Assembly (NCBI GenBank): GCA_030704615.1
Contig: CM060732.1
Coordinates: forward strand, 24,800,001-24,864,000
DNA: 64,000 nucleotides
Reading direction: 5' to 3'
Origin: Takakia lepidozioides
Lineage: Eukaryota; Plantae; Bryophyta
This document shows positions 48,393 through 62,553 of this stretch, piece by piece (position 1 is the first letter of the stretch; each line of letters opens with the position of its first letter). The notes beneath the pieces were generated by a model. It was not told where the DNA came from and ran no database searches. It saw only the letters and a program-made list of their open reading frames with translations. The translations under genes and the position numbers were made by a program.

Positions 48393-49463
48393 TTATTGAC
48401 AATATAAATAATAATATATGAAATTTATAGATAAATAATGAGGCCACATCGGTTGCCACGTCGGTTCTCATAGTAAATAATCAATAGTAAAGTAAAAAAA
48501 TAAACATATTTATGTACAGTAACGTTGGTTTAGGACGTGACGTGACGCACGTCCGTCGCTGATGTCGGACGTGACGCTGATGCGTCAACGCCACGTCACG
48601 TCCAAATTTGCAACTAGGCCACCTGGCCCTGCACGTAAGGTGTAGGCATGGCGTGTGCCCCTGGGCTGAGTGTTCACCCGTGCGAAATGTGATGCAGTGG
48701 TGGCGTCGGGATTTAGGATATCATCTTCCCGCGCGAATGTGATGTCATTTGTTTCCTGCTCTGAGTTTTCTGTGTAATGCGAGTTGCGGGGCAGCTCGTC
48801 GAATGCGTTGTGTTGCAATGGTTATCAGGATTTGATGACACATCTTCGCTGTGATGCAGGGGCACCACTCCGTTCTGATACCGTGGCTTTGTGCTTTCTG
48901 TTTAGGGTTGCTTTGCATTTCTTCTGCATTTTTGTTGCTCGATTAGACCTCTAGGTTAGCCTGCCTTGAATGAGAGGTGACACATCCTAGATGTCGCACC
49001 TTCACTGTGCTTGGTTGTTTGTTTTCATTTCCACTCTTCATAGTTCATTTGCACCGCTCTTTGTATTACTGCATGGAGTGGCTTATATTGTCTTGAAGGC
49101 TTTCATTGCATTTGTGTTGCGCTTTGTGGCAGGGTGTGGAGTGGGCGCAGGCAAAGAATGGCTCCTAAGCGGGAGCACACAGGCAACAGTGCCACCCGCA
49201 CCTCCACCACGCCTTGAAAAGGCTTCACATATTCTCACTACTTGGGCGTTAGAGACACAACATGCTATGTCAAAGGATCAATTGAGTGTCATATCAGTTG
49301 TCAAACGACTTCCTATTGAGTTTGCCACCTCCACCTCGTGCCAGCCGTTGGCCAAAACGGCCTCTTGGGCATAACTTCTGCTTTTGTTTAGGAGGCAAGT
49401 TGCTCTTTCGCTAGGGTGGAAAGAGTGTACAACCACACACTTGAAAAAATAACATCAAAATAA

Positions 49464-52400
49464 TTAAGCCTTGGAGCTCTCAATTGGGGCTTTTGGTTTG
49501 GGGATCTCAATTGGAATCCTAGAAAGGTTGAGGGCTTGTAGTGTTACTTCCACACGCGCTGGCTTGGTGATAAACTTGTCGTGGACATTGCATGGCAAGT
49601 CGTGTCCGAGTACCATTGAATCTTCTACTTGAATTTCTAAATTCGTCTCGGATTTATCGTCCACTTTATGAGGTGAACTATCTTTCAAGTTCATGATCTT
49701 CACCACTGATGAATTCACAACTTTTTGGCATACCACAAATTCGTCTTGTGGTTTGAGGATCCCTATAGCTTTAGCATGGTCGATTGCTAGCTTCAATATC
49801 AACTCGTTTATGTTACTTTTTGGATTTTTCTGCAAACACCATTCAAACTCCCAAACGTCTCAATTGTCTCATGATTGCAATGCATTTTATTCAAGTTAAG
49901 ATTGTTTGATCTCACATCACAAGACTTGATCATCTTGATGTTCAATTTTCTTCCATGAATGATGTGTAGGGTAATTCACGAAGCAAGTTATTTTCTTTTC
50001 CTCACCAATAGCGTACGTATAAGTATAATATTTGTGACAGTGTGCTACTAAACATGTAGAAATAAGAGTTAAGATTAAAGTATTGTTCACCATGGCATCA
50101 GCTATGAGTTCCAAACTTTGGTCCCCATCATCATATTCATCAAATGCTTTAAAGGGATTGCTCCTCAATTCCTATGATGGAAAACATAACATTTTCCATG
50201 AAAATGCAGTTACAATATTTCCGGGAAGATGTGATGAAAATTCTACCTTTCTCTCACAAGATCATGAGAGCTTTGGCTCAAATCCCACTCCCCCGTACAA
50301 ACCCAGTATCTATAAGCTATCTATTGTATTTTTTTATAAACAAAAAAGAGTAAAGATGATCTCAATATTTACAGATTATAAATATAAATATTTTTACAAT
50401 TGAAGAAAATCTCACAGGTTTTTTTGGATCAACCAGCACAGGAAATACCCCTCTAATGGCCATACATTGTCTCGCCTACATAACAATCAAACAACTTTAT
50501 TTCAAAACCTTGATCTCAAGAAATATTATAAAAATATTATAGTAAATAATTTTATGTAATAAACCATGAAAAACATGGTTGTGTTCTGAAGCAAAGTCCA
50601 ACCTAATTCTCAAGGAAACCCCGTATTTGGAGACTGCCTCGGAGTAGAGGATAGCGAACAATAAGATTAATGGTGCAATCACCGCATAGCACAAGGCAAT
50701 CGTAACGATATCAAGATATTGGTTTAGTGAGACTCAGCCTTAATGGTTGATGGTGCACAGTTGCAAATACTTCACATGTTTAGAAAATAAGTGTGATTTT
50801 CATTATGCAACAACTCACCAGAAATGGACCACTAAAACACCAGTGTGCACCCGTTTTTGTAAGAGTTGGAATAATAACCGCCAGCGTTGGCATCGATGGC
50901 CGGTACTTCGCAACCAACCTAATGCAATCCGAACAGTTGTATTACTACAAAATATACACAACTATTGCATCAAAAAAATTCCATGAGAAATGTATTTGTG
51001 GTCGATTGCAAGGTATAGGACATTCAATTGATGTTCAAGTACATACATGGTATTACTTACTGAGCAGCTCGTCCTGTGGTTGTAAATACAATTATCACCG
51101 CAGCTCTCATCTTTGTAGCTGTCCTCACCTAGGTGACATGCAAACAAAATCATCAAATCAATCATATGTCGGCTTTGGTTATGGATTTGTCTTCTAAAAT
51201 ACAAGGTCCTTAAAAGTACTGCATGAAAGAGACCATGACTTTCAAGAGTGCATTTATTGATTTGAGCATGTAGGAATTGTAAGGTATGTAGATGCATACC
51301 GCAGATGATATGATGGACTCAAGATGTTCCATTGGCTCACCCACAAACTTCAGAGTTCTTTTCATGTGTTCAAGTTGATTGTATACCTTCTCTGCCTGTA
51401 GTTAAAAAATATATTCTCATGTACAATATTTATTCAGATTATTTTTAGTCCAAATAAATTTTTAGCTCATAGAATCATTAGCATCATAATGGCATATATG
51501 TAGATTTTTTTTTTAAAAAAAAATTTGTCGGTATGAGATGAATACATCAAAACAAATTATTAAGGTGAACTGTGAACATATAAAGCAATACCTAAAATAC
51601 ATTTTGTTTTAAAGAAATTAGTGTGCATTATGAAAATAAAAAAATTGGGAAGAATTTTTACCTCGGCGCATATTTTTCCAATGACGGAGATAGTTTCAAT
51701 AGGATATGGGCCTTTGAGGGTCTCTGCTCCTAACAAAATCCCATCTACACCTGCAATTTTTTTATTAACATGGGGCCTAGAAGGTGAGACTTGAGTCACG
51801 GATGAGTAGAAAGAATTTGTTATTTTGCGGCCACCAAATCCATCCATTGAATTTGAAACTTTGTAATGGTGAGTGGGTGGAGTGTGGTGTGAGGATATTT
51901 TCTGTTTTTTTGGATGGAATCAGTTGGGCTTTGATGGATAAGACTTGCCTATGATTCATATTCAATCATAATCACTATAAGCTGATTAGAGAAGACCACT
52001 CCTAAGTAAGACTCCGCCAAACAGAACTCATTTTCTACATTCGATATTCATTGGACCTCTTTTGGGCCTCACTATGTGCCCCTAGGCCCAACTTTGCCAA
52101 ATTTGGAGTTTGCAGGCCGCTTATAACTTATAACACATGTGTATGTATGGCCACTGACACTAATGGCAAGTAAAAAAATTATAATTTCATATGGTGGTTA
52201 GGACCATAATTTGGTCGGTTGGGTTAGGGTACATAAACCCATGACCGCCACTATGTGTATGACCGCATACCCAAAAATGCTTTTAAAGTTAGGGCCCATG
52301 GACTGCCAGTGCTATCCCCAAGACTGCTCCTTTTTTGTCACTGGCTAAGGATTATTCAATAAATTCCCCAAAAATTGTGATTGGTCATAGAGTCAGGGTG

Positions 52401-55400
52401 CACAGAATCGTTTTGATTGGTTCAACTTCGAAACAATATAAGTGAAACTTCATGAAAACAAGTAGTTTCAAGTGTGATGACATGCCATAGATGTAGCATC
52501 TATAAATACTATCCAAGGTAAGAATGATGTGAATCCATTATTACATTTCCCACCATCATTAGATGAATGGTCATGGGCTTATCTACCCTCATGTATCAAA
52601 TTTATTCTTCTCATCAATTCCACTTATGAGGAAGATTCTTGCCGAGCACCTTCTAACAACCGTAATTGGGGGCAACACAATTGCCCAACATTCCCAAAGA
52701 CTAACAAGTCCCCAGGAACCTACAGATTACATAACTACTTAACCATATTGTTACCCACATTTTATAGTTGGGTTGACCATAATGGGTGATATCCAACATA
52801 CACTTTTGTGATTTTGAACCCATGACAATTTGTAAGACGGCCTTGTGCCCTAACCACTGGGTCATCTAATACATGCTTTAGTTCCATTTACGTTCATATC
52901 TTTTTTAATGAAATATAACTAGTGTTGTCATATAATTGTTGTTCGTGCATAGATAATGAGCCAATCACAAAAATAATTTTCGCAGTGAGGGTAATTAGTA
53001 AGTACCATCCAGAACCGCATTAGCTACATCCGTTGCCTCTGCGCGAGTGGGTCGAGGAGTTTCCGTCATGGAATCGACAACTCTGGTGATAATCACAGGT
53101 TTTCCTGCCATATTGCATTTATAGATTGCCCCTTTCTGAAACAAGAATATCTGGATAAGAAATACAAATAGTTTCAAAGATTAGAAGCATTTTGATTTTT
53201 TTTGCTTAATAGTAAATAAAGTGTTTGAACATTATCATATATCAAACCCCTAAATAACGTGTAACAATAAAAACACTTCTACCTATTTATCATATTTGGA
53301 GATTCAGTTGTTAGCTATATATATATATATCTCTATAGACACACACACACACATACTTTCAAAAGGATCAAGCTGAGTTCATCCCATCTTTTGAGGCCTA
53401 TCCCTCCTTGTTAGAATATAAATAAATTAAAATACCTACTCACAAATCGGCCCTGAGAGTGTTACTACATTAAGTAACCATGAGGCAACAATTGAGCACA
53501 CGGCTCAAACAAGTGAGGATTAGAACCGCCACGGTGGTGCACAATGCTCTATCCAACTCCGCCCACTACCACACAGCTAGGTAGCAAGAATTCAACCCCA
53601 ACTATATCACCTACTCAATGCACTATCCAACAACTGGTGGTACAATATTTGTATCAAATATTAATCAATTAGTTATATTTTTAGTGAGAAAAGAACAAAA
53701 GAACGGACCTTGAGAGTATCAACGACAACCAACAGTTTGAAACAGTGAAAGTAGATTAATCTAACCTGTTCCGGAGGATGATCAATGCCAAGGCTTCCAC
53801 GGGATAAGATAATGCCATCTGCTTCTTTTAATATATCATCAAAATGTTTCAGAGCCTGCATGCATAGATTGTTGATAGACATGTAATTCTTTGTTTTTTA
53901 AATTTTTAAACAAGGGACAGAGGCCATGGGAAATTTTGTTTGGAATTATTTAATTCATCGGAATGTTATAAATATGTATATATCTCCAAAGTCACTATAG
54001 GTTGGAGTTATGTATTTGTGAGTGGTTGTGTTTACCTTACATATATACATATATGCATTGTATCCTTAGACAACTACGTTTTGTAAAATTTGTATGCATA
54101 ATGATCAATGCTGGTACCTCAATGCTAGAGATTTTGGCAAAAATCTTAGTTTGATGAAGGTCGCCCAATTTGGCCAAATGAGATCGAACCTAGTATACAA
54201 AGAGCATTCACAAGTTATAGAATTCCACATTTAAATGTGCATTTTATCAAAAGGTATGAAGATTGATATCTTTATTGGTACATTAATTTATGGTTAGAGG
54301 AAACAAAACAGGTTTCTAGATGAAAAAATTACAGTTAAAATCTGAATTAAATCTCAGTATTTACATGGCCACTTACGTGGACTGGGATGAACTTTAATGG
54401 AAAAAAAGAAAAAAAGGAACCTAGAGGTAAACCAAGATTGAGTAAACTGTAAAACAGAACCACGCAACATATCAAATTGTGCTACGTGAGGAGGAAAAAT
54501 GACGTCTTTCTACTGACCATTTTGACATCATCAACAGTTCGCGTACATGATAGTGAGAGAATATCAATGTTATTTCGCACACCCCACTTTGAGATTGCCT
54601 GAAAAATGCACCAAAAACTTATATGTAGATCCAGTAACCAATTATCCATAATACAAATGAATACATTATACCCCACATAATATATACATACAACAAAATA
54701 TGATATAAAATCTGTTGAGGAGTTCAAATGAGACATACATTATTTTCAAATTTCAAAATCAATTATTTTGTCTATTGTTTGTATTTATTTGTTGAATTTG
54801 CAAAAAGAAACATTATTATTTTTATTGTATTACCTTGCATCCATTTATAATAATAATAATAATAATAATAATAATTTGTTTTTTAATGTACATAATTAAC
54901 CCCATATCCCTTCAGCTTCAACAAAATAACAAGATTACCATGTTCACATATTTATATAATATTATACATGTATTTAAATCAATGTCTCTCCCTTTTTTTT
55001 TTCTTTTTTTTTTCCAAGCAGACCCGAGCCAAAGCCGCTGGGCCTTTGAGGGAGAAAATTAACCCCCTTTCTGAGCCATGAAGCATATACAAGGGTATAT
55101 ATAAATGTATGCATATGTCGTATTTCACAAGTCACCTCTTTATCAACATTACTAAGAGTTGGAAGCCCAATATGGATTCGAGATGGATGAGCTGTGAACA
55201 TAACTCCTACAAGTATTGCATCATTCTTCACTCGACATCTGACATCTCGATCTTTAATATCAATCACCTATATATATGCGACATACGCAATAATATAAGT
55301 ACATGTAATCTCCAAATTTACCTATAAATCATGTAAATATACATGTCAAAGTCATGTGATTGACGTGATATAAAATATATGTGCTACAGCACATATGAAA

Positions 55401-57887
55401 GATACAAATTTCTTTCTATAATATTATGTAAATTTTGATCAAATTATAGCTAGTATTTTAGTTTGAAAGTATTGGTACTGCTTTACATTCTATGACCAAT
55501 GTGGAACAATATTTGTGCCCTCCAAATGTTTTCTCTCAAGGTGATGGTAAAGAATATACTTTAAATGGCCTTAGTCGAAATATTGAAGCCAAATCACAAT
55601 TTTATTAATGTTGCCAATAAATTGTATCAAATAAACATGTTTTAAGATATACTTTTATTTTTATACGTTGGGTATTTGGGACAACATCCGTTTCTGATAT
55701 CTATACACTGTCGTGTACTTCTATAAGTTCAATACAAAGCTGATCGTTATGTAGAGAAATTCAAATAGTGGTTACCTCAATTTGACAAACAGAAGTTTGC
55801 TCGTTACCTATGAAGAGATATTGTCCAACATAGATCATATCACCAGCCTTTACAACCTGCCCATCATAACCATGATGGAAGTTTTAATATTAGTTTATTG
55901 TTATATATATATATATTGCACCTGTTAGTCATTGTTATTACTAACCACTTGTTCTTCCAGAAATTTAGATATAATACGTAAAATAATTAAACTTGTCTTC
56001 CAAATTTATATAGTTGATTCTAAGAATGCACCTTAAAAAGGTCAGGATAATTAGTTGGCAAAATTGTGGTCGATGCTGTTTGTGTTTGGTCGGGAGTCAA
56101 AGTCACTATTGCATCTTTTATCATTTGAAGTGGATTCTCAGTTTTGCTTAGAACTTGTAGTTGCGGACCAATTGATCCAACATAACCTGTTTGAATTAGA
56201 CATCAAAAATCAGATTAATATGTATTATCTAACAACCCAATAAATAATCATGATATATTACATATTGGTTGTACATGACAAAATGTTGTGGGATAATAAA
56301 GATTAAAGAAACAACTCACAACACTCAACATATTTTCAGTAGTTTTCTTAATACATTCCATCGAATAAATAAAAGATTGTAACTTAATGTGTTTATCAGT
56401 TTATGGACATTGAGATTTTATATATGATTCTATTATATAGTTATAATTAATGTAAGTACACAACATACAACCCACCGCGCAAAGCCTTTGAGTGTTTTCA
56501 GCTGCAATTTTCAGATTTTCAAGAGTTTGTTGATGATATTCGTCTCCAGCCCATGAAAAGTCAAATCGAGCCACTGATTCACCACAAAGTGCCAATTAAT
56601 GTTATTGTTATTATTTTCAAGAATCACCACAGGGGCCACATGTAAATTCTACACTGCGTCCATGTGGTGAGATAACGAGGTGGCAAGATTAGAAAAGTGG
56701 TTATACAGGTGGCACATTTTAACAGGTCCACATAGGCAAAATCAGGCTCCTGATATTCAACTATTGGCGCTTTCTGACGTTTGTTTTTTTATTTTTACAC
56801 CCCATAATTCCTTTGTACAAGTAGCTGACCCATTTTCCAAAAAAGAAAATTGGTCAATGCATATTATTATATAATGGAATGACCTCTCTTTTGAACATCG
56901 ATGCCCCTTGAGAGATTAGACAACATTGACCTAAATATGGGTCTTCTTCTCTTTATGAACACACTATGTAGCCTTTTCGAAAAATAAGTCATCTAAGTAT
57001 ACAACTAGGAAATTATAATGTAAATAATTACTTATATTAGTTTTAAATTAATACATAAAAAACAATAGTACTAGAATCTGATATTGTAATAAAAATTAAA
57101 TGGAAAACATGAATGTAAGACTTTTCATAAAATATATAACATCTTTCCAAACACTAACAATATATATGTTGAAACATGTGATGTGTGTGTGTTTGTCTAT
57201 ATATATACATATGTATATAATCAGTTTACACATACGTCTTGCTAGACAATGAACACAATGAAAAGAGAATATGCACAGTAGGTCTCAGCAGAAAAGAGAA
57301 TCGTGAATTGAAATAGTAGGAAATTGTTGCCAATGAGAAAATTGTGAATGCCAATATCCCGCATACTTCATAAGGTAGTGAATGTCACAAGCAACAACCA
57401 AGGAGCACAATAAAGAAAATAAAATATCATGAAAGATCTTTTGCAAAAGATGAGTTGAAATATAAGCCTACCAAGGCCGGTGCTATGGATAAAAATTCTC
57501 ACCAGACATGCCAGCCTTCAACGATGACTCAATGGTACCAACTTCACGGGATTTGGGTCCAAGGCTTGCAATTATCTTGGTCTTTGCAGCGTACGGAGTC
57601 TACATACCAATGACACAATGTTTTCACTACAAAACTAGTGGAAGTTTGAATAAATGTAGCCAAATAGTATACATAACATCCAAACTATTTGATCATTGAA
57701 AAAATATCAAGATTACAGAATTAACACATCAATACAATATATACAAGAGACTTGTAAAATGACAAAATAATTGCGTATAAAATGTTATTTATTGTACGAT
57801 CTTACTACTTACAAGTTTGGAAGGTTCAAGGATTGAGGCAAGCCGTATCGGCTTTTCCAACCTTAATTGAGTTGATACTTGTGCCAT
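49464..57887 (-). pseudogene. PK: Divergent cytosolic pyruvate kinase gene (multi-exon), probably a pseudogene or pseudo-enzyme
   Basis: Exons give MAQVSTQLRLEKPIRLASILEPSK (57813-57887), [95 protein letters not shown] and VVCQKVVNSSVVKIM. There is a 1-bp deletion in VMLD(T)IGPQL at 56174/56175. Confidence 0.88.
54847..54874. repeat. (AAT)n microsatellite
   Basis: About 9 tandem ATA/AAT units in a pyruvate kinase intron. Confidence 0.85.
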
Positions 57888-59186
57888 CTTTCCCCCTCCT
57901 CTAAGTCTTCTTTCTTCTATTTCTAAAATTTATGTTCTCAAGATGATACTACGATGCTTTGAGATCATGTTTGACCTAGCATTTCACAAGCGATTGGGGA
58001 AGGCCCAAAAGCTATTTAGATTAGACATTAAGTTGTGTTTCATTGTACTTTATTATGTCAAATAAATGCGCGATTTGATTTTCTCCATTTTGCATTCAAT
58101 GCGGCTAAAAAAATATAAGCTATAAGACAATCACAACCCTCATGTCTTTGCAAAATCTTGTAATGATGCATTAATATCGACCTATTATAAAAAATTGGCT
58201 TTCCTCTTCAAATCCGTTTCTATCACCTTCATCCAAATAATTTCTCTAGAGGATGTGTTGACAACATCACTCCATCCACACAGTGCACTTTCCTAATTTC
58301 CTCTCAAGTTTTATCATTTGTCAGTTCTTTCTCATAAAACTCATTCAAATACTTTCTATATCAGCCTTTCAATAATCAATGATCCCTCGTATGCATGTAT
58401 ATTTAATGCATGACAATTCGATATTCAAAGGAATGAATTTTTTACATGGTCTAATATTTATACTGACCAGGAGATTGTACAAGAATTGTCCGGGTTAGAT
58501 TAACGACGGATGATATACACACTGTCTTGTTCCGGCCCAATTATTCCGTTACACCGTCCATGGTGGCTTCATCACATTGTTTGCCTGTGTCACTTCCTTA
58601 TGTTAATAGGTGGTGTGTTGGCATGTGGTACCAAGAACCATTGGATCCTATTGATTTGGGGAAGTCGGCGTCCTGGAGTTCGTCATCTTCAATTCTTCCA
58701 TGTATCGGTTAACATGCGTGACATTGAAGGTAAAGTCATGTCTCGGGGAAGTCATTCCCTATCTAGTTTTCCATGCACCTGAGGTAAATAGACATTTTTT
58801 TTATGAGGGTATTAATGTTTTTTGAATTTTTGACCACCCTATTTCTACATAATTTTGTAATATGACAAATTTTCTAGAAGACTATATTTTTTATATTTTA
58901 TAGCAAGTAACAAACATTGGACACCCTCTAGTAATCTGAAAATAAAAGAATGTTTTTTTACAGGGTGATGAGGTTTATTATTTGTTGGAAACAAATTCAT
59001 CCAAGACAAATGTATCAGCATCATTTGGAGTATAAACATTCTGAGCAAAATCAAAACTCATAGTAACTGAACAAATAATCAAATCTATGTCTATCCACTT
59101 GTTATCAGTTACATATAATCTGAATTTAAGGTGCCATCTAGATTTTGGGAAGTAGTTAAGGAGCACCATGATTGTTGTGGCTGGCT

Positions 59187-62100
59187 TGTCGTGCGCATAC
59201 ATATCGCTACACAACTACATCGCTGTAAAAAACCACACACACACATGTGCACACCAAACACTAGTCTACCACTAGTGCACCACTAGTGCAGCCACTAGTC
59301 CATCACAATTGCCCCCCTAGCTGGCGCTAAGGTCCCTCTAAGTCCAGGTAGCCACAAGATGTGATAGTGGCCATAACCTCACTAAGTCCTCCACCACTGT
59401 CCCTACTGCACTCAAACTCGATAGATCAAGAGGTCGGGTACAAGAGTTGCCCCATCGTTAGTCGCCGTCTTGCAACCTGTGAACTTGAGCCTGAGACCTC
59501 GGGTATTGACTCCTATGAGCTTGGCCTCTCATGTCTTGTTAGCTGTCACTAGTCATATCCACTGCCACTATCCCAAGCAGTGTGGACATAACCAATCTCC
59601 ATCAGGACCCCCTCAAGAGGTGGTGTCAAGCATCCCATGTGCCAACCTCTTGAGCATCGATCACACACCAGCATAGTGGCGGCACCACAAGCATGCCCAC
59701 ATAGCATGCAATGCAACCCTGCAGGTACCACTGCAAGGTTGGGATCTATCCTCCCATCCACATGTGGAAGGTGACCTGACGCACAATTGCGCACATGGTC
59801 CTTCCATACCATGCCATCTCGACCCTCCAGAATCAACACTCCTGAAGGCAACACCTCAAGCCATCGGCCTCAGGATGATCCCGAGAAGTGGTACGGTGGT
59901 CTATCAAGGCTTTATCACACAAAGCCTGAAACTCCCCCAAGAACTCTTTCCCTTGATCCGTGAGTACCTCAGCTGGAGCACCGAATCGGCTAAGTACACG
60001 ATCCAGGAATGCATACGCAGCCCCCTCACTAGCCTTGTCAGGCAATGGAACCAACTCCATCCACTTGGAGAAGTGCTCCACCATCACCAACACATATATG
60101 TGGTGGCGCATCGTCAGTGGCAACGGCCCTGCGAAGTCAAGACTCCACCTGTAGCCCAATTCCATGATGGGTAACGGATGCAATTGTGGTGTAGGGGCGT
60201 TGAATGAAGCACGCACCCTGTCACACACCATGCACCTAGCCACAAACTGTTACATCTCTGTGTGCATACCACGCCACCAATACTGCCACTGCAGTAAACT
60301 ACGAGTGCGTCGCACTCCAAAATGCCCCAACTCCTCATGGGCATGCCGCACTAATCGTGCACGCTATGTTGGGTGAGGCACGATCCTCACCCGACCATCC
60401 TCCCACACTCGAAGCAAGTGTATCCCCTCCCACTTGAACCTCTTGGCTCGTTGTAGGATCCGATCCATCTCCTTGGCAGTCACACTAGCTGCCGTGTCTC
60501 CAGTGCGGAGGTAGTCCAACACAACCGAATCCTCATGTATATCTCTAGCACAACCTGGCTCATCACTAGCCTCAGGGTTCTCAGACACTCCATCTACAGT
60601 CATTCCTGTTGTAGGTCCAAATTGACCTCCCGATGCCAAGATACACAAAAAGGCAGCTGCATGTCATCCCGACACCATCTCCTCGTCCGTCTCACCATGC
60701 CACCGAGCTCCAGTGTCATCCTGCTAGCTCGTGCATGGATTGCGACTCAATCCATCCGCATCCCTATTGACCAAACCCGGTCGATGCACAACCTGAAAGT
60801 CATACTCTTAGAATATAAGTGCCTACCATGCAAGCTTCCCCGTAAGCTTGTCTAACTCCATCAACCACTTGAGTGGCTGGTGATCCGTGACAAGGGTGAA
60901 GAGATTGCCGTATAGATAGCACCTGAAGTATGTCATGGCCCACACTGCAGCTAAACACTCCCTCTCATATGAGCTATACTTAGACTCTGCAACCTTGTTC
61001 GAGCGGCTAGCATAAGCCAATACAAACTCTCTTCCCTCATCATCCACCTGTGTGAGCACCGCTCCAAGCCCCAACATGCTCCAATCTGTGTGCAGCTGGA
61101 AGGGACGCCCCCTGATAGGTCGTCTCAAGATGGGCGCCGAGGTCAACCTCGCCTTGAGCTCCTGAAAAGCTCACTCTTGCTCATCTTCCCACTGCCACTC
61201 CTGGTCTACCTTGGTCAGCTTGGTTAGAGCCTTTGCAATAGTACTAAATCCCTTGACAAACCGTCTATACCAGTTTGCCAACCCCATGAAAGCTCGAACT
61301 TGGCTCACATCCGTAGGGCGCGGAATCTGTGCAATGGCCTCTACCTTAGTCTGCTGCACCCCCAATCCTCGAGGATATATCATGTGGCCCATATACTCAA
61401 TCTGGTTGTGGAAGAACTTGCACTTTCCCGGATGTAATTTCAATCCGTGCGCTCTCAAGCGCTCAAACACCACCTGAAGGTGTCTCTCGTGCTCCTCCAC
61501 CGTAGCACTAAAGATGATGATGTCATCTATGTAGCACCGAGCAAAGTCTACTACTGCTAGAATCCTGTCCATGACTCTCTGGAACTCTGCAGGAACGTTC
61601 TTAAGCTTGAATGGTAAGAACCGCCACTGATATAGGCAATCCTTCCCATGCTCATTGATCCCCCAGAATGTCGTCTTCTGCTTGTCTACCTCCTTGATCG
61701 GCAACTGGTGATATCCGGACCGCAAGTCCAAAGTGCTAAAGATCTTGGCATGCCCAATGGCATCAAAGATCTCCTCAGGTGTGGGCATGACATACTTATC
61801 GGACTTGGTCTGACGATTTACAGGCCGGTAGTCACCGCACATACGTCTCTCCGTCCAATTGCCATAGACATCCTTCTTGGCTGGCATCATCATGGCTGAA
61901 GCATACTCTCCACCAGAGAGCTCCACCAAACCAGCCTCCCAGAGATCTTGAGTCCTCATCTAAATCAAAGACCTCTCCATGTCACTGTATCTATAGGGTC
62001 TCCGAAGATTGGCCTGTCCGTGGCCAACTCAATACGAATCTCCTGACCCTTCAGTGCTCCCAAATCCTTCAAACTGAAGGCAAAGCAATTCATGTAAGCC

Positions 62101-62553
62101 CTCAGGAACCGCCGTATATGTTGTCTCTCTCCTCCAGTGACAATGGGTCCAATGTCGGGCTCCCAATTGTCCTACGTAACTGCAACCTTAAGTCCAGCAG
62201 ACTTAGAGGTGGAGGACGCGTCCCGTGGTTGTTATGCCACAACCTCTTGAGCAATACTCCTTGCCTACTCAGTCAATGACAAGGCCTCATCCTGCCCCAT
62301 CATCTCATCCTTCAGGACCTCCTCAACCCAAGAAGAATCCCCAACCTCATCTATCACAGCCGCCTTGGCTGCCATCTCCCTCTGAACCTCGAGCACCTCC
62401 CACGTGTGCCATGGATGTCTACACCCCGTGGTCCTCACCGGCTCGCCCCCACTCGCTGCATGTACCGTCTCGGTAGGCAAAGAGACTGTCAAGGGAAGTG
62501 CACTCCGCACTCTACGTTGCTCAACCATAGCCAAGCTGATAATCCTCATTCGA
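59187..62553 (-). mobile_element. Ty3/Gypsy DNMT-PHD family copy 3 (3' half: RT, RNase H, integrase with internal deletion, PHD, PPT, LTR part B)
   Basis: ORFs 61171-61959 (YIDD), 60823-61146 (TDWS), 59833-60243 (integrase) and 59549-59854 (PHD) closely match copy 2. PPT AGGGGGGCAA is at ~59309-59318. Part B spans 59307-59187 and ends CACGACA. The 5' break lies just after the DNMT domain, and ~0.47 kb is deleted at ~59853. Confidence 0.92.

Noticed and set aside
52808-52866. tRNA gene (A-box/B-box-like motifs on the minus strand)
   Set aside because: No convincing cloverleaf. At most a decayed tRNA-derived SINE head in an intron.
23805-62553. Copies 1 and 3 as two halves of one split element
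   Set aside because: On the minus strand they are in the wrong order, and their flanking 4-mers differ (GATT at 30114-30117 versus GGCT at 59183-59186).
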